Origin: Octopus vulgaris
Taxonomy: Eukaryota
Length of the DNA stretch: 64,000 bases
Direction of reading: 5' to 3'
Assembly (NCBI GenBank): GCA_951406725.2
Contig: OX597814.1
Span: 205,158,001 to 205,222,000, forward strand
Shown here: piece by piece, positions 25,880 to 36,166 of the stretch
Position numbering within the stretch: the first letter of the stretch is position 1
Layout: every line of letters starts with the position of its first letter
Translations under genes and position numbers: made by a program
The notes under the pieces: generated by a model
What the model saw: only the letters and a program-made list of their open reading frames with translations
Told to the model about the DNA's origin: nothing
Database searches by the model: none

Positions 25880-27490
25880 CTATGAGGAATTATCGCTTTC
25901 TGCACTAAAAAAGTTTTCTTCAACACTGCTGCTGTGCTTAAGAACCGGACTGCTCCCTACCGATGAAATTACACAAGCTGATGTGTAGGTTGTCGGTTCG
26001 TCTCCCACCTCCATAGCTCTTGGTCGTTCTCTTCGGCGTCGATGGTGTCGGCGATTGATGACAGGAGAAGATTGTGGCTCGGGGGGTGTTTGTGGCTCAC
26101 CATTATTTTCCGGAGATCCTTCCTTGGAGTTGCGTTGAAGCTGATAGGTTAAACTCTGCAGACTACGGGATCGAGTATTAACAGCCTTCTCTTCAGTCTC
26201 CACTTTGTCAGTACTGATGGCCTTATCATCGGCTCCAGGTGGGGCTGGAGTTTCCTCAACATCCGTCTGTATTGCCGCTTCCCTCAGCTTATGGCTCTTG
26301 TCTTCTTTTTCAGTTTGCGTCGAGGTAGAAGAGGATGGCGGCGCTCTAGTGGGGGACTTTTCTCTCCAGTAATCAGCCGCTGATAAAGACCGACGAGGTT
26401 GCATCGATACTTTTGGTTTCGGCCGATCCGGATCTTCAATTGTTCCCAGCTCTATACTTCCCGGAGTAAATAAAATTTGCTTGCATACTGTATTAGGGAG
26501 TTCCTTAAGCTCAATTTCCGACAGACATGAAAGTTTTTCTTGCACTTGATTTTTAAGCAGGAGCAGTTCAATGTCTTTCCCTTTCAGAACTAACTCTGTC
26601 AAGTTACATGTATTTCTCAGACTTTCCAAATTTGATTGCATTTCCACTTTTCTGTTAATATATTCCATCACCTCAGATCCATACAATGAATGCAATTCTT
26701 CAACCAAGTTTTTCTCTTTAGATCGAATTTCAGCAATAAAAGCGATAGCTACATCATGAATTTTTTGTTCAGCATCTTTGATCAAAGTGTCACATCTGCC
26801 AAGCGTATCAATTTGAGTATCATATACATTAATACGATCCTTGCAAGATTCCAAGAGACGTTGTATACTATCTTTATATTTAACGACAGCATCCGAGAAA
26901 TTTGTAATTTCATGGTCCTTATGTTCGTTAAATGTACAGAGGACACAAATACAAGCTTGGCATGGCTCACAGTAGAATCTAACCACTTCTTCCTTGTGTT
27001 CCTTGCATTCAATATCTTTTTCAATTTCCACATCGAAAAGACTGTGAGACTTGGTGACTTTCGTTTCTTTATGCAATTCCACGCATGGTTTGCAGAGAAG
27101 CTTATTACAGTCTAAACATTTTGATGATGCTTCTCTGTGTTTACGATTTACCATCTTACAGATATCACAGAATGGAAACTTGGATGGTCTTTGTCGTGCC
27201 ACCACCTCTCCTAAACTTGAGACCAGAAAGTTATCTGGAAGTTTTTTCACACCACCGATTGGAAGATTGGTTCGTTTCCGACATAATGGACATGTGAATT
27301 CACGATAGTCACTATATTTTTTATACGTGCATTCTGACATAACATGGTTCTCAATACACTGTTCACAAAATGTATGCAAGCAGTCTAAACATTTTGGGTT
27401 TTTAAAGCCCTCCAGACAGATCTTACATGTAAGAAATTCATCATGAATTTCCTGGGCTAACTTATTTCCTGTGGTGGTTGTGGCAGCCAT
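25880..27490 (-). CDS. TRIM/RBCC-family E3 ubiquitin ligase (RING, B-box1, B-box2, coiled coil, low-complexity tail); TRIM56/TRIM45/TRIM2-3-like N-terminus
   Basis: Uninterrupted 536-aa ORF. C3HC4 RING (CKIC..CLHTFCEQC..CPLC), B-box1 (CDIC..CLDCNKLLCKPC..H..H), B-box2 (CKEH..FYCEPC..ICVLC..H..H), heptad coiled coil, then S/P/R-rich tail. GC content is higher than the flanks. Confidence 0.95.
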   Translation of the reverse strand: MAATTTTGNKLAQEIHDEFLTCKICLEGFKNPKCLDCLHTFCEQCIENHVMSECTYKKYSDYREFTCPLCRKRTNLPIGGVKKLPDNFLVSSLGEVVARQRPSKFPFCDICKMVNRKHREASSKCLDCNKLLCKPCVELHKETKVTKSHSLFDVEIEKDIECKEHKEEVVRFYCEPCQACICVLCTFNEHKDHEITNFSDAVVKYKDSIQRLLESCKDRINVYDTQIDTLGRCDTLIKDAEQKIHDVAIAFIAEIRSKEKNLVEELHSLYGSEVMEYINRKVEMQSNLESLRNTCNLTELVLKGKDIELLLLKNQVQEKLSCLSEIELKELPNTVCKQILFTPGSIELGTIEDPDRPKPKVSMQPRRSLSAADYWREKSPTRAPPSSSTSTQTEKEDKSHKLREAAIQTDVEETPAPPGADDKAISTDKVETEEKAVNTRSRSLQSLTYQLQRNSKEGSPENNGEPQTPPEPQSSPVINRRHHRRRRERPRAMEVGDEPTTYTSACVISSVGSSPVLKHSSSVEENFFSAESDNSS

Positions 27491-27554
27491 GATATCATTG
27501 ATGTCAATCGCAGTTGTGTGATATCTACTTCCAACTTCAAGACGTCGGCGGTTC

Positions 27555-27580
27555 CTGGAAAGAGATAAAAAAAAAATACA
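27555..27580 (-). other. 3' splice acceptor of the TRIM coding exon (exon starts at 27554)
   Basis: Minus strand reads a T-run plus TATCTCTTTCCAG|GAACCGCC, 64 nt upstream of the ATG. Confidence 0.8.
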
Positions 27581-27912
27581 AAGAATTAAAATAAGGGCAA
27601 CTGCAATGAAAATGGATATTACAGAATAACAAGAAACATTATATGTTCCATTAAACCAATATGCAAAACAAATGAATAATAAATGAAATAGAAAATATGA
27701 CAGTCATTGTTGGTTAGGGTCAAAAGAAGTCTAACCATGACCACCCCACTTTTTAGTTTATTTCAGACTGCACTATCTAACATGTTCTCTTTTTCATGAT
27801 TTCAGAGAGATTTGGCTACTATTCCTAGAAGACTGAGAGACCACGTAATGGCTACCTTGAGAGATCACATAGAAGTCGTTAAAAGGAATGTTGTTAATAT
27901 TGCTGTTTAAAC

Positions 27913-28127
27913 AAGGTGGCGAACTGGCAGAAATGTTAGCACATTGGGCAAAATGCTTAGCAGTATTTTGTCAGTCGTTATGCTGTGAGTTCAAATTCCA
28001 GTGAGGTCGACTTTGCTTTTCATCATTTTAGGGTCGATAAATTAAGTACCAGTTGCATACTGGGGTCAATCTAATCGACTAGCCCGCTCCCCCAAAATTT
28101 CGGGTCTTGTGCCTACAGCAGAAAAGA
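27913..28127 (+). mobile_element. SINE B next to an unclassified dispersed repeat (family F)
   Basis: TSD aatattg(c/t)tgtttaaac; adjacent sequence carries gatttgagggagatttgg-type family F sequence. Confidence 0.8.
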
Positions 28128-28479
28128 ATATTGTTGTTTAAACCCAGGACTGACATGGTCGAGCAGTTCCATGATTAAAAGACATTCTGGCTGTGAATAT
28201 CTGATAGTTTTCTGAACATAGCATACCCTGGATTGCGTTACTCAGTGTGTCCTTTTAAGATGTAATTTGAGGGAGATTTGGTTGCTCTTTTCAGTAGGAT
28301 GTGCAGCCATTAGAAACTCCTTTGCTGGACTAAAAGAAATGTTATAAAACAAAGGGAGGAAAGTTTGGTGGCTCACAAATAATTGAAAATGGAGACACAA
28401 GTGTCTAGTTGATTTATTATTATTGTTGTTGTTATTGTTGTTGATATTATTATTATTATTATTATTAAGGTGGTGAGCT

Positions 28480-29459
28480 ATGACTGAGTTGCAAACCTGG
28501 ATAAGGCGTAGACCAAGGAGGGGTGCTTGGCACCTCAAGTGCCATCAAATGCTCACAGCTTTCTGCCAAGTGGGCAATGTGGTCAGTGGTAGTTCCACTC
28601 TAGTGTTCTATAGAGGGCTAGAGAAGGGGATGTGCGACGACATTCTTGGAGAAACTCTCGGCATTGACGAAGATCAATTAACCAATCTGTTTTGGAGAAC
28701 TTTCAGGCCTGGGCCTATGGATAACTTCCAGAAATCTCTTGACTGGTAGTGCTACTGAGAGGCACTGCTCCTTCAGAATAAACTTTACAGGCATGGAAGT
28801 GCTGGCATCAGGGCCTGCCCAATGTGTGTGTAAAGTGACAAAACCATTCTGCATGCCCTCGTCCAGCACCCGAGCATTGCTGACCTGTGGGTTTATGTTG
28901 AACACCTGCTGTTGCATGTAGGATGGATCCAGCTATCTACTGAATCCAAAGTGAAGATTGCTCCTCTGCCCTCTTTTGGCCAGGAGGAGCAGGCAATTTT
29001 TATTTGTTTAGTGACTGTAGTGAAAGAGGTAGTGTGGTGGACTCGTTTGAAAGGGCTAATGTCAGATACTTTCCTCTTTGGTCAAGCCCTCATCAACTTC
29101 AAGTTTCACTTGAAGAGGAAAGTGAGGATGGAGAAGAAAGTGTCGCCTTCTAGCAAGTTTGTCAAAAGGTGGGTGACTATTGGAAGAATGGCTGGTGTGA
29201 AAGGACCAATTCTGAGCATCTGAAGAAATAAAAGGAGAAGGGCTCTTGGCTTGTTGATCAGGCACCCACGACTTTTGTGGGTTTTTCCACGAGAAACCTT
29301 AAAGCACCTCCCACTATTGGAAGATTCATGTTGTTTAATTTTTTATCATTTTCTGATGTTTACATCCTGTAAAACCCTTTGTATCATCTTGTGTTGTCTT
29401 TTATGGTGTGTCATGTCATTTTATGTTGTTTTATACAAGCTCTTATGGCTAATAAAAGA

Positions 29460-29462
<3 letters not shown>
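28480..29462 (+). mobile_element. 5'-truncated L1/Tx1-clade LINE (C-terminal zinc knuckle and 3' UTR)
   Basis: FQKSLDW*CY*EALLLQNKLYRHG..ACPMCV*SDKTILHALVQHP..LW is a zf-RVT-type knuckle; AATAAA at 29451 followed by (TTA)n. Confidence 0.85.
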
Positions 29463-29492
<30 letters not shown>

Positions 29493-29517
29493 GATGATGA
29501 TGAAAGAAAACCCAACA

Positions 29518-29935
29518 AGGTGCAGGAGTGGCTGTGTGGTAAGTAGCTTGCTTACGAATCACATGGTTCCGGGTTCAGTCCCACTGCGTGGCACCTTGGG
29601 CAAGTGTCTTCTACTATAGCCTCGGGCCGACCAAAGCCTTGTGAGTGGATTTGGTAGACGGAAACTGAAAGAAGCCTGTCGTATATGTGTATATATATAT
29701 ATATGTATGTGTGAGTATATGTTTGTGTGTCTGTGTTTGTCCCCCCACCATCGCTTGACAACCGATGCTGGTGTATTTACGTCCCCGTCGCTTAGCGGTT
29801 CGGCAAAAAGAGACCGATAGAATAAGTACTGGGCTTACAAAGAATAAGTCCCGGGGTTGATTTGCTCGACTAAAGGTGGTGCTCCAGCATGGCTGCAGTC
29901 AAATGACTGAAACAAGTAAAAGAGTAAAAAGAGTA
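29518..29935 (+). mobile_element. full-length SINE family C (CORE-like, possibly Octopus OR2-type)
   Basis: tRNA-like head, ggcaccttgggcaagtgtctt CORE-like motif, internal (TA)/(TG) tract, tail gaaacaagtaaaagagtaaaa. Confidence 0.85.
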
Positions 29936-30170
29936 TATGTAATTATGGCTGAAGACCATTTTGGTTCTGAGTAATCAAAATATAAGGAACATGAAGTGAA
30001 TAATTCTTTCCTAAAAATGCTCAGTGCATCTTTGTTATTACCTTGTATTTTGAAATAAAACAGGATGAATGACTAATAAAAAAAAAATTGAAATGACTAC
30101 ATGTGCAATATCTCAAGTACTTCTTCCAATTTCATAAATTTACTGTTCTCAAAGAATATGTTTTTTCTAA

Positions 30171-30436
30171 TATAAATAGATAAATGACAGAGAATGGAAT
30201 GAATGACATTTAAAATCACTGCATTTTTACACTCACACTGAGTGAAATCTGAGAATCTAATGAAGGACTTATTTAAAGAATCACCTGGTGAGGTGCATTT
30301 TACATCTTGGATGTAAGACGATGATTACACAACACCTCACCAATGCACTAAAGGTATAAAAATGTGTTGAAACTATTGTAGTGGGTTTAAATAAAGAATG
30401 ACATTCATTCCATTTTCTATCATTTATCTATTTATA
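30171..30436. mobile_element. palindromic MITE with about 38-bp TIRs
   Basis: tataaatagataaatgacagagaatggaatgaatgaca / tgacattcattccattttctatcatttatctatttata; inner inverted pair tggtgaggtg/cacctcacca. Confidence 0.7.
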
Positions 30437-30984
30437 TAAACTCTACGGATACTATGGATTCCTGATGGATATCTAGTAGCAGAAGCATTTCCACAGCATG
30501 ATGACATCAGGTAGCCAATAACTATGGCTGAGCTTTATACAGCATTCTACAAACCTTTTTACTTGAATCTTATATTCTTTCTAATATGTATTTCATTGTG
30601 ACAATCATTGCAATGGTACCGCCAGGATTTTGCTTTGATTTACTCATTGTATTGCATATGCCACCCTATTCATCTGGAAAACCACAATCTGATTTTCATA
30701 AAAAATTCTACAGTACAGCCATTGTCAACAGTTTTCAAATGAATTTTCTGTAATTTATGATTTGAATTGGCTGATGGAAACAAAAATGCCATACCTTGCA
30801 GGGTATTAATGAAGTAAATCCAAATATTTTGATATTTTACTGCTAAGAAATATTTCTCATATCAAAGGTTAGTACTTAAAAGAATAGTTTCTCTACTCCA
30901 CATCATTTTCTGTACTGGAAGCTAGTGTGTTTGGAGATAATTAATTTAGGAGTTTGAACCACACAATTAGTTTGAAACTGATGC

Positions 30985-31880
30985 ATATATTGTCATTGTC
31001 ATTTAATGTCCATTGTCCATGCTGGCATGGGGAGGACGGTTTGACCAGGACTCGCAAGCTTGAAGGCTGCACCAGACTCCAGTTTGACTTGGCATGGTTT
31101 CTATGGCTGGATGCCCTTCCTAACACCAACCACTCTGGGAGTGTAATGGGTGCTTTTACATACCACTGGCACAGGTGCCATTTGCGTGACACCAGTATCT
31201 GCCACAACTGTGATTTTACTTGGCTTGATGGGTCTTCTTCAGCATGACATAATGTCAAAGATCTTGGTCATTCATCATTGCTTTCATAAAGCCCAACACT
31301 TGAAAGGAGCTTTTCACATGCCACTGGCACAGGTGTCAATTAAATGACACCAGTATCAGCCATGACTACAATTTCAATTGGCTTGACGAGTCTTCTCAAG
31401 CACAGCATATTATCAAAGGTCTCAGTCACTAGTCATTGCCCCCGGGAGGTCTAAAGTTCAAAGATCATGCTTCACCACCTCATCCCATGTCTTCCAGGAC
31501 TTGCCTCTACCACAGGTTCTTCATATAGTTAGAGATCAGCACTGCTTTATACAGTTGTCCTTGTCCATATGCATCACATGGCCATACCAGTGCGGTCATC
31601 TCTCTTGCACACCACATCTGATACCTCTTATGCCCAATTTTTCTCTCAAGACACTTACACTCTGTTGAACATGCACAATGACATTGCACATCCAGCGAAG
31701 CATACTGGCTTCATTTCTTTCAAGCCTACACATGTCCTTGGTTGTCACAGCTCACGTTTCACTGGGGTGTAGCATAGCTGTTCCCACACAGGCCTCATAC
31801 AATCTGACTTTCACTCTGAAGGAAAGGCCCTTTGTTACCAACAGAGGTAGGAACTCACTGAACTTTGCCCAACCTATTCT
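30985..31880 (-). mobile_element. 5'-truncated RTE-clade LINE (ORF C-terminus plus 3' UTR = family A)
   Basis: RIGWAKFSEFLPLLVTKGLSFRVKVRLYEACV..SET*..LERNEASMLRWMC..WYGHV..RGKSWKTWDEVVKHDL. Confidence 0.9.
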
Positions 31881-31914
<34 letters not shown>

Positions 31915-31917
<3 letters not shown>

Positions 31918-32365
31918 TTATTGAGTTAGAAAACAGAGAAATTTAATAGACACAAATTAATTTATTAATTAATCAACAAATTAACCAACAATTGTTTCCT
32001 TTCTCAAATAAGATTAAAATTACAAATCATATAATAAAAATATAATTTTGCATTTTAAATACCTTGTAAGGAAAATCATTAGGGTTTTCAGAGGACAATA
32101 AGGATTACATTAGGATACTTTTGGAATATACAAAATATATAAACAATATACTGTATATTCCGAAAGTATCCTAATGTAATCTTTATTGTCCTCTGAAAAC
32201 CCTGATGATTTTCCTTACTAGGTATTTAAAATGCAAATTATATTTTTATTATATGATTTGTAATTTTAATCTTATTTGAGAAATGAAACAATTGTTGGTT
32301 AATATGTTGATTAATTAATTAATTAATTTGTATCCATTGAATTTCTGTTTTCTAAATCAGTAAAA
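31915..32365. repeat. long inverted repeat (foldback), arms about 215 bp, 19-nt loop
   Basis: 31915-32132 is the reverse complement of 32152-32365 with scattered mismatches. Confidence 0.95.
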
Positions 32366-32547
32366 ATGTTTGACATCTTATGATATTCTATTTAATATAT
32401 TCATTGAAAAATTATCTCTTCAAAATTTAATATATTAAACCAGTGTATCTTGGCTAAATATCCCTAAAAGAGGTTTGAATATTCTCATTGTGACTATTTG
32501 TTATATACACATATATATATATATCATATCATATCATATATATATAC

Positions 32548-32585
<38 letters not shown>

Positions 32586-32607
32586 CTGAGAGGAGCTGAC
32601 TCTTAGA

Positions 32608-32906
32608 ACTACTACTACTACTACTACTGCTGTTGCTGTTGCTGTTACTGCTACTATGACTGTTACTAATGCTGCTGCTGCTGCTACTACTACTGCTATT
32701 ACTACTAATACTGCTACTGCTGCTGCTGCTACTACTACTACTACTACTACTACTGCTGCTGCTGCTGTTGCTGTTACTGCTACTATGACTGTTACTAATG
32801 CTGCTGCTGCTACTACTACTACTACTGCTATTACTACTAATACTGCTGCTACTACTACTAATACTGCTGCTGCTGCTACTACTACTACTACTACTACTAA
32901 CTACTG
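32608..32906. repeat. compound (ACT)/(GCT) trinucleotide repeat with higher-order duplication
   Basis: block gctgttactgctactatgactgttactaatgctgct..gctattactactaatactgct occurs twice. Confidence 0.9.
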
Positions 32907-33067
32907 ACTTAATAGTGTTAATAAACAGCTGACTATTGCAACAACTAGTTTGTCAGAAGATTGAACAGGCACAAATGATGTAATGTGCTTACTTTCAGTA
33001 TAATATGATTTAAAGCTGTGAATACTGTAAAACAATCTCTATAGATATTATTTATTGGCAAACCTTA

Positions 33068-33506
33068 CGGCCGTGAGCTGGCAGAATCATTAGTGTGTCA
33101 TACAAAATACTTAGTGGCATTTCTTCCAACTCATTATGTTCTGATTTCAAATTCCAAAGGGTTGACTTTGCCTTTCATCCTTTCTGGCTCGATAAAATAA
33201 GTACCAGTCAAATACTGAAGTCAAAGTAATCAGTTTACCCTCCTCTCCCTTACAATTGCCGGCCTTGTGCTAAAATTTGAAACAATTAAAGGCAGTGAGT
33301 AGGAAGAAATGCTAATGTGTTGGAAAAAATGCTTTGCTGTATTTCTTCTAGTTCTTTATGGTTCTGAGTTCAAATCCTGCCCAGGCCAACTTTGCCTTCT
33401 ATCCTTTCATGGTTGATAAAATAAAGCATGAGTCAACTACTGGAATAAAAGTAACTGACCAGCCTGCACCCCACCAAGTTTCTGACCTTATTCCAAATTA
33501 GGAAGA
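33068..33506 (+). mobile_element. SINE B dimer
   Basis: two head-to-tail copies inside one TSD pair attatttattggca (33047-33060, 33507-33520). Confidence 0.8.
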
Positions 33507-34457
33507 ATTATTTATTGGCATACTGTAACTTTAGAAGTTGATCTGGATATTTATTGGCTTCTAATTAATTCTTACCACTCTCTCATCCCTGGAATAATTT
33601 ATTTCAATCTTTCATCTAACTTCTTTAGAGTTACTTCCCCTTTGATTTTTTAAAATCCTGATTAACTCTGATTTGTACATTATGCTAAATATTCTTCATT
33701 GACTTCTCATTGTTCATTTAAGATTACATCAACAGATACGTTTTAAAACCTACAGGAAAATGCTTGGTTCCACGAGTGACAATTCATTTCAAATTCAGAA
33801 AATGAAGATATATTCCACAATATATATTTGATTTCTCTGCCTGATCAAATATAATTTTTCTATCTCCAGAGCGTAAAGAGCTCTAGCTATATATAATTTC
33901 TCCAAAATGTCTGAAGACTGCAAATTCTCTCTTCCGAAATCAGGAATTTTATTTTTATGTGAAACTGATTGGTAACACCACTTGTCTATAATATGCTTCT
34001 TAATTTATAATTTTGTATCTGAATTTTACACACACTATCATCATCAACCTTTAACATCCACTTTTCCACGCTTGCATGAGTCAGGTGGAATTTATTGAGG
34101 TAAATTTTTTACAGCTAGATGCTCTTCCTGTCACTAAGCCTTGGCTATTTCCAAACAAGGTAATATTTCCCTTTGGCTAGACATGTTTTCCATAGAAGAC
34201 TGAGAAACAAACATCACTTGTATGATGTTGATGTTTGTTTATAACTATCACATAATATCAAGACAAGGTCACACACACACACATGCACACATCTACAGCA
34301 GGTCTCTTTCAGTTTCCCATAACCAAAATCATTCAGAAAGCTTTGTTTGGCCAGGGGCTATAGTAGAAGACACTTGCTCAAGGTGCTATGCAAGACCACT
34401 GAACCTTAGACTACATGGGTGTGAAGCAAGCTTCTGAATCACACAAGCATGTCTACA

Positions 34458-34596
<139 letters not shown>

Positions 34597-35187
34597 CTGT
34601 AAGCAGTTATCTTCATAAAAGCCTTTTAAAACACGAATACTGTTGTGATGGTGCATAGATTAGTGGATCGGCTGTTGTGCTCACAATCCTAAAGTTGTGA
34701 TTTTGATTCTTGGATTGTGCAGCACATCAATCTCTTGAGTCAGGTATTTCATTTTAAAATGCTGTCTACTCAGCTAAAAAGGAACACCAGCCTGGTGTTG
34801 TTCTTGCGGCACTCTCCTGTCCATCAATTCTTATTCTCTGTGTTCTATTGCACCAAAGGGTGTTAGAGCTAAGAAGGTATCTATATGTGCTTGCAACTAC
34901 ATGGGTACCTAAAGCAATTAGCAAATGCATGGTAAATGTTGCCAGGTCATTCCCTTGCTGGTGATATGTTCTTTTCTTTTAATAATACCATTGTATTTAT
35001 TGTTATTTCCGTTCATGGTGGAAACACATTTTTGTTTCTCTTTAAAGGATGTGCCATACTTTAGACATGCTTTTATAAATTAAACATTGTATGGCTTATG
35101 CAATAGGCCGTATTGATGGTCACACGTTAAAGTAAATGAGAATGACAGGTAATAAATATTAATTTGGATTTGTAATGTAAAGAAGTA

Positions 35188-35341
35188 CAGTTCTGTATTT
35201 AAGAGATGAGGAATTACGTACATTATTTACATTTGACGGATATTTGTCCTCATCTTGTTTGTTGCTGGAGGGTATATCAGCCAAAATGTTGTGTTAGCAA
35301 CAAGCAAGAGGAGGACAAATATCCATCAAATGTAAATAATG
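35188..35341. mobile_element. short palindromic element, probably Penelope pLTR-derived
   Basis: about 47-bp inverted arms; flanking 12-bp direct repeat tgtaaagaagta. Confidence 0.6.
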
Positions 35342-35937
35342 TGTAAAGAAGTAGACTTAAAATTTTCTGCTATCAGACAATTTCACAATAAACTTGTATA
35401 ATATGTTCCCAATGCACCTGTAGAATGATTTCACATCACATCAATAAAATTTTGCAACACACTTGTCTGGCCAAGAGTATGGAAACAGGTGAGAATTGAC
35501 AGGAAAGGCATCTGGCTATAGAAAATCCATCTCAACAAATTACATCTGATCCATACGAGCATGGAAAAGAAGACATTAAACCACACCAATAATGATGATG
35601 AGGTATATTTCATCAAATGTCCGTTTAATAATTTTACAACACCTGTATAATAGGAGTAAAGATTGTTTGCCAATATAACATGGCAGTCCTGGTTTAGGAT
35701 GAATGTTGCTATAATTTAGCCCCAGGAGACATCGTCTCCAGCTGGCTATATGACACGATCTGTGTCTATATTTTCGAACAAGGGAATCTAGCACCCACTC
35801 TCTGTATCGTGATTTCTGGGTTATTTCCTTTCATCAGTACAGAATAATTGTTCGGCTAGAGATATAATAGTAACTTCACAAAATACTTATATAGTAATAT
35901 TTCTTTATGATTCCTTAAACATTATTTGCTATAATAA

Positions 35938-36166
35938 AGGTGGCAAGCTGGCAGAATTGTTAGCATGCCAGGTGAAATGCTTAGTGGTATTTCATTTGCT
36001 GCTATGTTCTGAGTTCAAATTCCACCAAGGTGGACTTTGCCTTTCATCCTTTCAGGGTCGATTAAATAAGTACCAATTATGCACTGGAGTAATGTAATCG
36101 ACTTAATCTCTTTGTCTGTCCTTGTTTGTCCCCTCTATGTTTAACCCCTTGTGGTCAATAAAGAAA
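35938..36166 (+). mobile_element. SINE family B
   Basis: full head and core; TSD attatttgctataata. Confidence 0.85.

Noticed and set aside
26571-27308. Plus-strand and alternate-frame ORFs overlapping the TRIM gene
   Set aside because: Shadow ORFs of the real CDS with no recognisable motifs
32190-32240. CTGATGA in the foldback arm as a hammerhead core
   Set aside because: No stem II plus GAAA at the required spacing
32656-32907. Antifreeze- or mucin-like Ala/Thr ORF
   Set aside because: Pure trinucleotide repeat; no signal peptide or exon context
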